Origin: Octopus sinensis
Lineage: Eukaryota
Assembly (NCBI RefSeq): GCF_006345805.1
Contig: NC_043019.1
Coordinates: 16,119,360-16,183,359, forward strand
Direction: 5' to 3'
DNA: 64,000 nucleotides
In this document: positions 49,313 to 61,956 of the stretch, in pieces
Layout of the letters: every line of letters begins with the position of its first letter
Numbering within the stretch: the stretch's first letter is position 1
Program-made: the position numbers and the translations under genes
Notes under the pieces: generated by a model
Databases searched by the model: none
What the model was told of the DNA's origin: nothing
What the model saw: the letters and a program-made list of their open reading frames with translations, nothing else

Positions 49313-49993
49313 CACACACACACACAAACACCACACACACACACGCACACACACACACATATAACTGAAATAATATGACAGAGGAATCCTCTAACACATC
49401 TGGATGTGTTACAGTTGTTTCTGTGCCAACTCTGTAATTTCAGTTTACGTAATATCTGCAGTTTTAGACTTTTTAAGTGGCACTTCAACAGACTTGCATC
49501 AAAGGTGCGCTCTTGCGTTGTGCCTCTTCCGGACAAGACTGGACACAGCTGCAAGTAATATATGCAATTGTGTGAGTGGGTATTAGCCGCAGCTGTGTCC
49601 AGTCTTGTCCGGGTTGGCAGAAAGTGTCAGAGAACGTCACATAGTCTATGACGACCTTCCCCTTCAAAAGATGTATCCCCATGCAACATTGTCTAAGGGT
49701 GTATGTATGTATGTATGTATGTATGTATGTATGTATGTATGTATGTATATTGCTGTATTTCAGGATGGTTATTTTTTTGTTTTTCTGCCAAATAAACACA
49801 TGCACTATACATTCGTTCTTCAATCGTTTATTACTGTTCTTATTATTTTACTTCATGTCCTTTGTCCGGAAATCTTTCGTCACACATCTGTGACCTCTTC
49901 AGCGACACTTTCCAGTTTCGTGTGTGCTCTTGCTCTGCTCAATCCAGAGAATGGATTTTCCGGACAATGGAAATGAGTTAGAATAAGAAGTGT

Positions 49994-50097
49994 AATATAC
50001 GAAATAATCACGATTACCTATGTACCGATCAGTTTCGATTGGATATTAACAATCGAAACTGATCGGTACATAGGTAATCGTGATTATTTCGTATATT
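49994..50097. repeat. Perfect 48-bp-arm palindrome with 8-nt loop
   Basis: aatatacgaa...ttcgattg-GATATTAA-caatcgaa...ttcgtatatt. Confidence 0.95.
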
Positions 50098-50635
50098 TTC
50101 ATTTGTCTTGCTTATTTTTAACACTTTGGTTGGTGCTGAGTCTTTATTTGAGAACACGTTCTTCGTGGAAAATAGCGATTTTGACGTCTATATCTAGCAT
50201 GTTGACCGTCCACTTTTAGTGGTCAGTCCTTTAAATTTTGTGTATATATATATATATATATTATATATATATATATATATATAATATATATATATATATA
50301 TAATATATATATATATATATACACGATGGGCTTCTTTCATTTTCCGTCTACCAGATCCACTCACAAGGCTCTGGTCGGCCCAAGGCTATAGTAGAAAACA
50401 TTTGACCAAAGTGTCACGCAGTGGGACTGAACCTGGAACCATGTGATCGAGAAGTAAGCTTCTTACCACACAAATACTCCGGTATATATATATATATTTT
50501 TTGCCAAATAAACACACACACACTATATATTCGTTCCTTACTCGTTTATTACACTTCTTATTCTAACTCATGTCCATTGTCCGGAAAATCTATTCTCTGG
50601 ATTGAGCAGAGCAAGAGCACACACGAAACTGGAAA

Positions 50636-50681
50636 GTGTCGCTGAAGAGGTCACAGATGTGTGACGAAAGATTTCCGGACA
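50636..50681 (+). ncRNA. Minimal hammerhead ribozyme (mirror copy 49863..49908, minus)
   Basis: UGUCG-CUGAAGA-G-GUCACA-gaug-UGUGAC-GAA-AGAUUU-C-CGGACA: canonical CUGANGA/GAAA core, UUC triplet. Confidence 0.7.
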
Positions 50682-52507
50682 AAGGACATGAAGTAAAATA
50701 ATAAGAACAGTAATAAACGATTGAAGAACGAATGTATAGTGCATGTGTTTATTTGGCAGAAAAACAAAAAAATAACCATCCTGAAATACAGCAATACACA
50801 CACACACACACACACATACATACATACATACATACATACATACATACATACATACATACATACATACATACATACGTACATACATACATACATACATACG
50901 CACATACATACATACATACATACATACATACATACATACATACATACATGCATGCATACATACATACATACATACATACATACATACATACAACATACAT
51001 ACATACATACATACATCTGTATTGCAGCCGGGCGCACGCCCAATTTTAACATGTCTGTCACGACATCCTCTTCTTTAAGATGGCAGGTGCACAAGTCGAC
51101 CGTCATTTCCGCCCATTGACATTCTCTTTGTAATATTTTTAACTTCATTCTACTTATTTTTCATTTCAAATTCCAGCGAGTTACAATTTAATTTCTTTCA
51201 TCAACGATTATTTATTTCAATCTTATTAGCGCCTTCCAGGATCCACAATATTAAATAAATACCAGTCAGCTTCTGGGGTTAGACTTGATCGACTCGACCT
51301 GTTTGCCACCAACCAAATTTCTAGTCCGTTCTATTGTGTATGAGAACGTTGCCTCCCGTGCGAAGAAACGAACTTACACGAACAGCAAGTAAACTTCCTG
51401 TCACATGTCTTTCGTTATTTCTTCAACTTTGAGAGACTAACGTATTTGATGCCAGACGCAGGGTTATACACGACGCACCCCAAGTTCAGCAGCTCTTATT
51501 CAGGGGAAAAAGTTTTTAGGGCATAAAATTGTGTATTTTAGGCCCAACTTTGCATATAAGACCCGACGCGATTTCCTGAGAATTTCGTTTCTTGTTTTTA
51601 TTTTTTTTTTTTGGAGAAAGGGACATCTTAAATGGCGTCTGATACGATGGATCATGAATTGAGAGTTTAACATTTCTTAAAGCACGAACATATAACAACC
51701 GAGTGTGTAGAGGACGCGTACTCGACAAAGGTATAAAACCTGGGTCTACTTGATGGACACGGCGTACCCACCAAAACATAGTCAGCTGGTCATTTCGTAA
51801 TGATATGATAATAACCATTGATCATAAATAGGGGTCATAGATTATGACAGAGAACTGGCAAATGAGAGCGGGGGAAGAGAACTAAACGAATCGGGGGGGG
51901 GAGTGACACTCCACCAATCCCTGCGCTTTCCAACATCGTTAAATTGTGTAAATTGAAAATTCTTTAAGCCAGATCAATTTTTTTTTTCTTATAAGAATAC
52001 CATTCTTCCTATTTTTCACAGAAAGCCAGCAACTATGAGGGGAGGGTGCCAGGCGATTCAAATATTCGACTGGTATTTATGTTATCGAACCCGAAAGGTT
52101 GAAAGGCAAATTCGACTTCAGTGGTATTTCAGCTCAGAACGTAAAGAGCCGGAAGAAATGCCACTCAGCGTTTTGTCCGGCGTGCTAACGGTTCTGTCAG
52201 CTCACCATCCCTTCTGTAATAATAATAATAATAATAATTATTATTATTATATTATTATTATTATTATCCTTTCTACTATAGGCACAAGGCCTGGATTTTC
52301 TAGGAAGTGAGTGCAGTCGTTCACATCGATCCCAGTGTTTCACTGGTACTTAATTTATCGACCCCGAAAGGATAAAAGGCAAAGTCGACCTCAGGGGAAT
52401 TTGAACTCAGAATGTAGCGACGGGCGAAATACCTCTAAGCATTTCGTCCAGCGCGCTAACCACTCTGCCAGCTCACTGTTTTTTGTTTGTTTGGTTGTTT
52501 TTTTTAC

Positions 52508-52589
<82 letters not shown>

Positions 52590-52591
<2 letters not shown>

Positions 52592-53145
52592 GCCCTGATG
52601 CAGTACCAGGCAGTGGCTCTCATGGCTTCTGATCTTTACTGATTGGAAGTGTTATCATGTACATTGTTTTGTCTTGGTATAAAAGATGGGCTACAGCAAA
52701 TATTCTGCTCAATACCACAGATTTGCTTGTCAGTTGTTTGACCTTAACCAGTTGAGCATGTCCCTTCGTGGCTGACAATATGTGCATCTCTGATCACGAG
52801 CAGAAGTAGTGGGGAAGCATCATGGCCACGTGTTGGGGGGGATTCTTTGGGGTTTGAATAGTTCACCTCTGGAAACATGGGTGGTTCTTTCAACATCCTT
52901 AAACAACCCTTATTCAGAGACCTTTTGAGCGGGATGGGCTATTCAACCTGAAGAAAATTCTAACTGGGCCCCACCTGCAAGGTCATGTGCTGTTTATCTT
53001 GATATGAGATCACCATGTCGCGCACATATGGTTATGATGCATGTGCCTGGTGTACCCTTATCAGACTGGTAGTCATGATGGGTATATTGGGCTTCGTATA
53101 TTTTACCCCAGTGTCACTTTGATGGCATGCACTGCTCTCTCACTC
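52590..53145 (+). mobile_element. ~555-bp unclassified interspersed repeat embedded in (AAT)n
   Basis: (AAT)n on both sides; inverted homologue at 59677-60210. Confidence 0.8.
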
Positions 53146-53575
53146 AATAATAATAATAATAATAATAATATAATAATAATAATAATAATAATAATAGGCC
53201 TGAAATTTTAAAGGAAAGAATTAGCTGATTACATCGACCCCCAGTATCCAAAAAGATTGACCCCCCCCCCACCAAGGATGAAAGGCAAAGTCGACCTCTG
53301 TGAAATGTAAAAACAGATGCAATGATCACAAAGTAATTGGTCGAAGAATGCTTTAACGATTCTGCCAGCTCATGGCATTAATAACAATAATGATAATAAT
53401 AATCCTTTCTACTCTAGACACAAGACCTGGAATTCTTTGGTGAGGAGGGGGAGATGGGTCGATTACATCGATTGCACTGTTCAACCGGATCTTGTTTCAT
53501 TGACCCCGAAATGATGAAAGGTATAGTCAACCCCTGCAGAAATTGAACTCAGAACGTAGAGACGGATTAAATACC

Positions 53576-53800
53576 TATTTCTTTACTACCCACAAGGGGC
53601 TAAACACAGAGGGGACAAACAAGGACAGACAAACGGATTAAGTCGATTATATCGACTCCAGTGAGTAACTGGTATTTATTCAATCGACCCCGAAAGGATG
53701 AAAGGTAAAGTCGACCTCGGCGGAATTTGAACTCGGAACGTGGCGGCAGACGAAATACCGCTAAGCATTTCGTCCGGCCGGTTAACGACTCTGCCAGCTC
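53576..53800 (-). mobile_element. SINE family B (Tx1-tailed) within a family B cluster (52040-52475, 53195-53800)
   Basis: ATACC|tatttctttactacccacaagggg junction at 53571-53576. Confidence 0.85.
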
Positions 53801-54310
53801 AAATAATCTAAAAATTATTTTGTTATATTTCTCATGCTGCATCATCAAACAAGTTCTGTAATCTGCTGCTCGGGTGTTTTCTAATCTAATAATACAGAGT
53901 CCGAAACCAAGATTAAATCAGGTTTTTGTCTTGAAGTTACATTTATGTGACAAGGGCTTGCTGGGCACTGTGGTACGGTGGAGTAAACAACAATAGCCGT
54001 ATACCTCTAGAACTGACCACCCCTCTTGACTGGTTGCTCTTTACATTATCGATGTCTCAGTCTATGTTCAATACACTTGTGGCGATTTTGATTCATTTAT
54101 TTATTACCCTTCGGTGATGATCAGTGTCTACCAATGGGTGATCGGATCTATCGATTTGCGCTTGGGGGGGTCGGGTGGAGAGAGGATGAAAAACAGGCAC
54201 TTCTATGTACCCCGGTGCTAGTACTTGTTCTATAGACCCTCATCACCGCAAGCTCATCATCATCATCATCATCATCGTCAACAGCAGTATTTTAACATCA
54301 ATATTTTCTG

Positions 54311-54351
<41 letters not shown>

Positions 54352-55467
54352 TTTCTCTCTCTCTCACTTCCTTCCCGTTTCTCTCTCTCTTTCCTTCTCT
54401 TCCTTTCTCTCTCCCTCACACACACTAAAAGTTTGGTCGTCTCTCACAAACGCGTTTTACCTGGTAGCTTGTACCTCCTCCTCCTCCTCCTTCTCATTAT
54501 CAACACCATCGCCATCAACAACTTTTTCTATCTTTTATGCCCTTTCTCTCTCTCTCTCTCTCTTTCTCTCACTCTCATCTCCTTCTCGCTTTTTCATCCC
54601 CCCTCTTTCTCTCTCTCTGCCTCTTTCTTTCTCTTTTCTCTCATACAAACTGAAACCCTCGGTCAGTCAACAGCTTGTAGCATTGTACCGTGCTTTCGCT
54701 AACTGTTATAGGTGCCTGTGATATTGTCACGAGCAGACGCAGACACCCTTCCCTCGTCCTCCCCCACCTTCACCCCACAGTTCACTCATGAGGAGAGAGT
54801 GAGGCGGAGGCTGCGCCAGTATTCGGCTGAAGAGGATGAATCAGTTTGGAGTGAAGAGCCTTGCTCAAGGGCACAGTGCGCTGCTCGGTGCAGTGATCGA
54901 CCCCACGACCTTATAACCGTTGGCCCAACAATCTAACCATTGGCCAATAGAGACATCCGAACCCAGATGCATATGCACGCCATCATGTCCCTATACTCTC
55001 TCCCTCTCTCTTCCCTTCTTTCTGTCTCTCTTTCTGTACTCCTCCCCCCCCCATTTATATCAAATACCCAAAGCTTGGCTCGTTTTACTTTTATAAAACT
55101 TATTTTATTCAAATCTCCCTCTTTTCTCTTTGCCTCTTTTTCTCTCCTTCTTACACACACACACACACAAGCGTACATACACACACAGACATAAATTCAA
55201 GCAGGCTCTTCCCCGCCACCACCCTCTCTCTCTCTCTCCAAAATGTCCACCAAGCACTCTCTTTCTAACACCATCTATGTCTCTGTCTCTCTGTCTCTCT
55301 CTCTCTTTCTCTGAACTCAATCAGGCACTCTCTTCCTCTCTTACACTCTCTTTTTATTTTTCTCTTTCTATCTCTCTTTCTCTCTCTCTCTCTTTCACAC
55401 ACACACATACACACTACAATAATCCGCCCAGGCTTTTACACTACCATCACCTTTATCTCTTTCTTCT

Positions 55468-55499
<32 letters not shown>

Positions 55500-57074
55500 C
55501 GCCACCACCACCACCAACACCACCACCACACTCTCACACCACCGCCACCGTCGCCATTTCTCCTCTTCTTTCTCTTTCCTTCATTTCCTGTTGCCGCCAT
55601 TAACATTTCTGCAATTAGTGTAAACATCTTTGTTAATGAGCTGTTCACATATAAACACCACGCTCGTCTTGTCATTGTTGCTGCTGCTGTTGTTAAAACT
55701 TCCATAAACACTTGTTGTTGTTCTTCTTCTCTTCTTGTAAACGCCGACCATGTTTATTTTTTCTGCTTTACGTTTTTCAATTCGATTCTACCGTTTTCTT
55801 TTCCTCTTGTGGCTGTTGTTCTAAGTAGTGATGGGTGTCCTTCATTGTGAAGTACGGTATAGCGAGTACAACAAGATGGCTGACTCGCTAAAGCAGCAGA
55901 CAACACGTTTTGTCGTATATATCTGCGGTGGACTCGTGGTTGAGTCAAATTAACAACGAGCAGCAGCAACATATTGTAATGACTTGTTAATTAAGATATG
56001 GCAAATTAATTTTTTTAACAAATTCTATCAAAAGATATCTGATGAAATCGCTGAACAATCTCACGGCAGCCAGAAATTCGTGGAAACAGCGGGGGTGGGG
56101 TGGTGTTTTTGTTTTTAAGATAACTCATTTGTTTTGTGATCACAAAATGAAAGTAAAAATGTTGTCACTGTTCGACAATCTTCAGACGGCGCGCGTGTCA
56201 AATACATTTTCCCCCAACTATTTTTCGTTGTTGTTGCTGTTCTTCTTCTTCTACAAATATTTCCACTAATATCAAAATTTTGGTGGTGAGGGTTGTTCTT
56301 ACAGGAATGAGTTCCATGATGTTTGGAAACTCGTCCTCGATAAAATATAATTGGCAGCCATTGACTTAAGGGACACTTGGCTACTATTCGTGGAAGATCC
56401 GGTGATGTGAGAGAGCAAAAATAGATGGAAAACTCTGGGCCGCGTATAGATTAGAAGCCGCCAGCTGAGATGTATCTTGCTAAAAATCTGTTTGACAAAA
56501 TATTCGTTTGAGGGTTTAAGGATCCAACAGTAATTTGATGGGTTACAAACGAGAGTTTGTAAACTTAAAGAGAAAATATTTCTCTCGACACGAATGTGGA
56601 GCTTTGCAGATTCTTGCGTTGTTCACCCCGGGTTCCTTCTTAGCTTTTCGACCCCTTATCGTAAAGACACCATCCCTGTTGCTCGGTGGTTTTCAAACTG
56701 ACAAATATCTGCTCTTACCTTTCATAAAATACATTCGAGAACATGTTTACCACCAACCCACCTTTGCTAATTAGAATTCGTGTTGCTTTGTTTTTTGACA
56801 AGGTTTCAAAATTTAAACCCTGTTTATTTTATTAAATACCAGCAAGTAGTCTGCACCCCCATATTTACAATCCCCAAAGGCACCCCCACCTCCCAGCTCC
56901 ACTCTTACCTCTGTCCCATGAGGATCACTACCTTAATTTGATTGATATTGTTGTATTAGTGATATTTTGTTCATAAAGTAGCCTTGTAGACAATAATGCT
57001 GTTAATCTTGTTGTTGCTGTTGATGATGATGGTGTGTCAGTGATGCTTTGTAGCTTTGTTGTTGTTAACGACGT

Positions 57075-57459
57075 TGTTGTTGGTGTTGGTGTTGAGCGAA
57101 CGGTCTTCGTCCCAGAGCTCGCAAGGTGGGAGAAGTCCGAATCGTGGTCCTTTGCTATTCGTAAGACCCCCAGAAGAGAAAGCAGGTCAACCCCCGACAC
57201 CGAGAGCATCGACGGATGGATGAATGCGCATCCAGGCTCAGCGGTTGCGTAAGAAGTCGGGGACAAGAAACAGGAAGAAAAAGTGAGAGAAAGTTGGAGC
57301 GAAAGAGTACAACAGGGGTCGCCACCACCCGCTGCCGGAGCCTCGTGGAGCTTTAGGTGTTTTCGCTCAATAAACTCACACAACGCCCAGTCTGGGAATC
57401 GAAACCGCGATTCTTCGACCGCGAGTCCGCTGCCCTAACCATTGGGCCATTGCGCCTCC
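57075..57459 (-). mobile_element. SINE family E variant with a different 3' half
   Basis: Head matches the 18830 copy up to ..caactttctctcact; the remainder is unrelated. Confidence 0.8.
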
Positions 57460-57636
57460 ACGTTGTTGCTGTTGTAGGGGATGCCTGTGTTGTATCAGCG
57501 AGATTTCGTTTAGAGTAGCAGTCGTTGTTGTTGTTGTTGTAATTATTTAACCCCAGGTCCTCCCTGGTTGAACAAATCCTAACATCAATCACAGATGAAA
57601 ACCTCATGTCTTTTATTCAGAAATAATAGTGTATCT

Positions 57637-58150
57637 AGATTTGGCTGCTATAACTAGCAGTTCGGGCAACCGCATACTGAATCGCCCATGCGCTCTATAT
57701 TATTGTGGTTGAGGTTGTCGTCATTCAAATGTGCTCTTCCTTTTTTTAATTCAGTAACGTTAAGGCTGGGTCGGTTGAGGTGGCTTTTGCTGTTATTTCA
57801 AGCGACCACCAAGACGTTCCTTCAGGTTGCCATTCATTTGCCGTTGATGCTCTTTAACTCTGACCAAGCAAACATATGACTAAAGCCGTTCCAGACATGA
57901 CTGTCCGGTCTCTTTCATATATCAAAGACGTTTCACGCAAGAATGTCCTGTCATTTTAATATATCAAAGCCGTTCCAGACATGACTGTCCTGTCTTTTTA
58001 ATATACCAAATCCTATGTGGTCTAATATGTCATTGATCTTTTTAAGAAGATGATCTGAAGCAGATTTGGCTGCTATAACTAGCAGTTCGGGCAACCGCAT
58101 ACTGAATCGCCCATGCGCTCTATATTATTGTGGTTGAGGTTGTCGTCATT
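57637..58150. repeat. 89-bp perfect direct repeat (57637-57725, 58062-58150)
   Basis: agatttggctgctataactagc...gttgtcgtcatt occurs twice, period 425. Confidence 0.9.
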
Positions 58151-58379
58151 GGTGTTGTGGTCAATGATAATGATGATGATGTGGGCGATAAAATGATGAT
58201 GAGAGTGAGGGGAGGGATGATGATGATGATGATGAAGTTACTGCACACGAGTTACACCCCCCCCCCCCGCAAACACCTGACTGAAACACTTGCAATTTGG
58301 AATCCCGCGTGAGACTTAGACGAACATTCAGCGCTTGCAGTTACGAGTCGTTTACCGCTCAAGGTGGAGAAGAAGTAAA

Positions 58380-58496
58380 TGTCGGGTTCAGTCCCACTGC
58401 GTGGCACCTTGGGCTGGTGTCTTCTACTATAGCCTGGGGCCAACCAAAGCCTTGTGAGTGGATTTTGTAGACGGAAACTGAAAGAAGCCCGTCGTA

Positions 58497-58538
<42 letters not shown>

Positions 58539-58880
58539 TTAGAATAACTTAGAAAGGTTTTGGCCAGTATTGGCCCAGGCCATGTCTAACTTAATAGCAC
58601 TTAATAGCACCACCTGGCAAGAATTCACAAAAAAACATGGGGTTGTATGTGGGTGTGCGTGTGCGGGTATGTCTGTGTTTGTTCCCCACCACCACTTGAC
58701 AACCGGTGCTGGTTTGTTTACGTCCCTGCCTTAGCGGTTCGGCAAGAAACATCAATAAAATAAGAACCAGACTTTACAAAGGACTAATGAGTATTGGGTT
58801 CCTTTCATTTGACTAAAATTCTTCGACGCGGAGCCCCAGCATGGCCGCAGTCTCATGACTGCAACAAATAAAAGATGAAA
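58380..58880 (+). mobile_element. SINE family A (head truncated)
   Basis: GGTTCAGTCCCACTGCGTGGCACC through cagcatggccgcagtc. Confidence 0.85.
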
Positions 58881-59676
58881 AGCAAAGCATTTGAATGCAG
58901 AGGAAAGAATGTCGTTCTATGAATCCGTCTTCGTGGGAAAAACCATCTTCCCTCTCCATGAGGAAGCAGACAGGAAGACAGCAGCAAAGATGGTTTCTTG
59001 TAGATTGTTGTTTCGTTTTACATTTCTGCAAATATTTTTGCGAATTTTATTCTCAGTTCACATTTAAGTAACTTTCGCGACAGAATGAAGCCGAAGAGTT
59101 GAAGCAACAACGGAAAGAATGGAAATAAATAAAACGAGGGCAAAGAGAGGAAATAGGAGAGAATGAAAAGGATTAAAGAATGATATTTTCTTCTTCGGTC
59201 AACGCCATCAAATTACTAATTTGTTGAAGTTTGATTTGGAAAGGAAAGTGAGGATGGAGAAGCAAGTGCTCTCTGCCAAAGAATTTGTGAATAAAGTGGA
59301 AGAAATGGTGAGAAGGGAATGGACCTAGATTAAGCGTTGCGCCTGTTGATTGGAGGACAACAGTTGAGCGAGGCCTCGTGCCTTTCTTTTTTGTGGTCTG
59401 GTTGATCCTAGATCTTTGAGGTTCCTTCATTGGCCCTTGTTGGAAGCCCTTCTGCATCAGAAGGACTGCAATATTTATGTCTTCACATTCTTTGTATACT
59501 TTGCTTTCATTTGTCTCGTCTCTTCCTTTCTTTCCTTTCATCTTTTATGCAACCCCACCCACACATACACACAAATTTCAAACTGTTCTCGTAATATCCG
59601 CCTCATTTGATGCCCCCGTAGCAAACACAAAAATCATAGTCATCATCATCATCATTATTACTATTATTACTATCAA

Positions 59677-60210
59677 TGAGAGAGCAGTGAATGCCATCAA
59701 ATTGACGCTGGGGTACAACTATCCGAAGCCCAGTATACCCATCATGACTACCCGTCTGATAAGGGTACACCAGGCACATGCATCACAACCATATGTACGT
59801 GACATGGGTATCCTATATCAAGATAAACAGCGCATGAACTTCCACGTTGGGGCCCAGTTAGAATTTTCTTCATGTCGAGTAGCCCATCCCGCTCAAGAGG
59901 TCGCTGATTAAGGGTTGTTTAAGGATGTTGAGCAAAACACCCATATTTCCAACGGTGAATTATTCAAACCCCAAAGAATTCCTCTCAACACATGGCCATC
60001 ATCTCCCCAACTACTTCTGCTCCTGATCGTCATCCACCAAAGGACATGCTCAACTGGTTAAGGTCAAACAACTGACAGGCAAATCTGTGGTATTGAGCAG
60101 AATATTTGCTGTAAAACCTATCTTTTATACCAAGACAAAACAATGTACAGGATAAGACTTCCAATCAGTTGAGATCAGAAGCCATGAGAGCCACTGCCAG
60201 GTACTGCATC
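59677..60210 (-). mobile_element. Second copy of the ~555-bp (AAT)-associated repeat
   Basis: Reverse complement of 52590-53145. Confidence 0.8.
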
Positions 60211-60235
60211 TATCATTCTTCTTCTTCTTCTTCTT

Positions 60236-60266
<31 letters not shown>

Positions 60267-60298
60267 TTATTATTATTATATTATTATTATTATTATTA

Positions 60299-60325
<27 letters not shown>

Positions 60326-60329
<4 letters not shown>

Positions 60330-60710
60330 TAGTTTTATTTTTATAGCGTGCTTTCACTTCACTACCGAGCGCAGCTGTGTGCCTTGGGTATGTGCTGTGA
60401 TTTGTTGTGATGCTCTGATGGTTATTGTATGGAAAGTGTTCTGCGTAGGATGTGTGCAGTGCCTAGTAGTGCAATTTTCTGTATGTTATATGTGTTTGTA
60501 AGTCCTGGTGTTTTTGTTATGTATTTGTCTGAATATTTTTTTATCATGCCTAATGCACCTACTATGATAGGAATTGTTTCTGTTTTCTGATTCCACATTC
60601 TAGTTACCTCTATTTCCAGGTCTTTGTATGTTGAGAGTTTCTCCATTTCTTTTAGAGACACGTTGTCATCAGCCGGTATTGATACATCAATTAGAAAGCA
60701 TTTTTTTTCT

Positions 60711-60712
<2 letters not shown>
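60326..60712 (-). mobile_element. R4/Dong-like non-LTR retrotransposon 3' fragment inside (TAA)n
   Basis: EKKCFLIDVSIPADDNVSLKEMEKLSTYKDLEIEVTRMW..IPIIVGALG..IQKIALLGTAHILRRTLS; (AAT)n on both flanks. Confidence 0.85.
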
Positions 60713-60770
<58 letters not shown>

Positions 60771-60787
60771 TATTATTATTATTATTA

Positions 60788-60862
<75 letters not shown>

Positions 60863-61419
60863 TATTAAGCTGGCCAGAATCGTTAGCACGCCGGGCGAAA
60901 TGCTTAGCTGTATTTCTCCCACCGCTACGTTCTCAGTTCAAATTCCGCCGCGCTCGACTTGGCTTTTCATCCTTTCGGGGTCGACCAGTTGCGCACTGGG
61001 GTCGACGTAACCGACTTTCTCCCACCTTCGTAATGTTGGTCTTGTATCAAAATTTGAAAAAATTATTATTATTATTAGTAGTATGCACGATTCCTACCAC
61101 CCGCCGCCCCCCGACTACCTGGTGACCCTCTTATGTTTCTGGTGGATTGCAGGATTACCCTTTAGCGCAGGGGTCAGCATCACCTCGTTAACGTTAATCA
61201 TGATTAACACTCAACTGTATTCTGAGATTAATCCTGTTAATTGAGGTTGTTGTTGCTGTTGTGGCATTGATCCTCTTCTGAAATAATTTATGGCTTCATC
61301 AGCTGACTGTGTTGTCTGCATTCATTGTGGAACACGTATGACTGGGGTTCGATTTGGGGCTAAGCAGGGTCTGTGTAAATGATGTGTTCCCTATGAAGAG
61401 TGCCATAGTATTAGGAAGG

Positions 61420-61855
61420 GAGTGAGTTGTGGTAAGAAGTTTGCTTCCCAACCACATGGTCCCGGGTTCAGTCCCACTGCGTGGCAACTTGGGCAGTGGC
61501 TTCTACTGTAGCCTCGAGCTAATCAGAGTCTTGTGAGTGGATTTAGCAGACGGAAACCGAAAGAAGCCCATCGTACATGCATATATGTGTGTGTGTGCGT
61601 GTGTGTATGTGTGTGTGTGTGTGTATGCATGTGTGTCTTTGCGTCCGTGCTTGCGGTGTTTGTCACCTACCATCACTTAACAACCGGTGTTGCTTTGTTT
61701 ATGTCCCCTAGCGATTCGGCGAAAAGACATCGACATAATAATTACCAGGCCAGGCTAGGCTTTAAAAATAAGAACTGTTCGTCGATTTATTCGGCCGAAA
61801 CCTTCAAAGTTTGTGTCCCAGCGTGGTCGCAGTCCAGTGACTGAAACCAGTAAGA
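61420..61855 (+). mobile_element. SINE family A
   Basis: Degenerate head, B box GGTTCAGTCCC, family A body and tail. Confidence 0.8.
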
Positions 61856-61914
61856 GATGCGCGCGTGCGTGTGGTGTAATGTTGAAAGGTGTTTGCGTAG
61901 AGAATATGATATGC

Positions 61915-61956
<42 letters not shown>

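Larger units (their letters stand above)
49745..50800. mobile_element. Inverted pair of Penelope-type pLTR segments (~255 bp arms 49745-49997 and 50547-50800)
   Basis: Near-perfect reverse complements, extended by (GTAT)n/(ATAC)n; share gccaaataaacac..gcactata with the 38.6-kb pLTR. Confidence 0.8.

Noticed and set aside
51440-51570. Pogo/Tc2-like subterminal motifs (acgacgcaccc, tataagacccg)
   Set aside because: No matching TIR pair or transposase remnant was found.
54712-54936. Exon-like ORF HEERVRRRLRQYSAEEDESVWSEEP after ccccacag
   Set aside because: The segment continues into a reverse-complement tRNA-SINE head (family C-like); no recognisable protein and no donor.
55860-56000. YY1-like CAAGATGGC and TAAT/TTAATTAA cluster as the promoter of a second gene
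   Set aside because: Short motifs expected by chance; I found no downstream exon to support a gene.
59477-59911. 144-aa ORF inside the 555-bp repeat
   Set aside because: No recognisable motif, and the frame is not evidently preserved in the 52590 copy.
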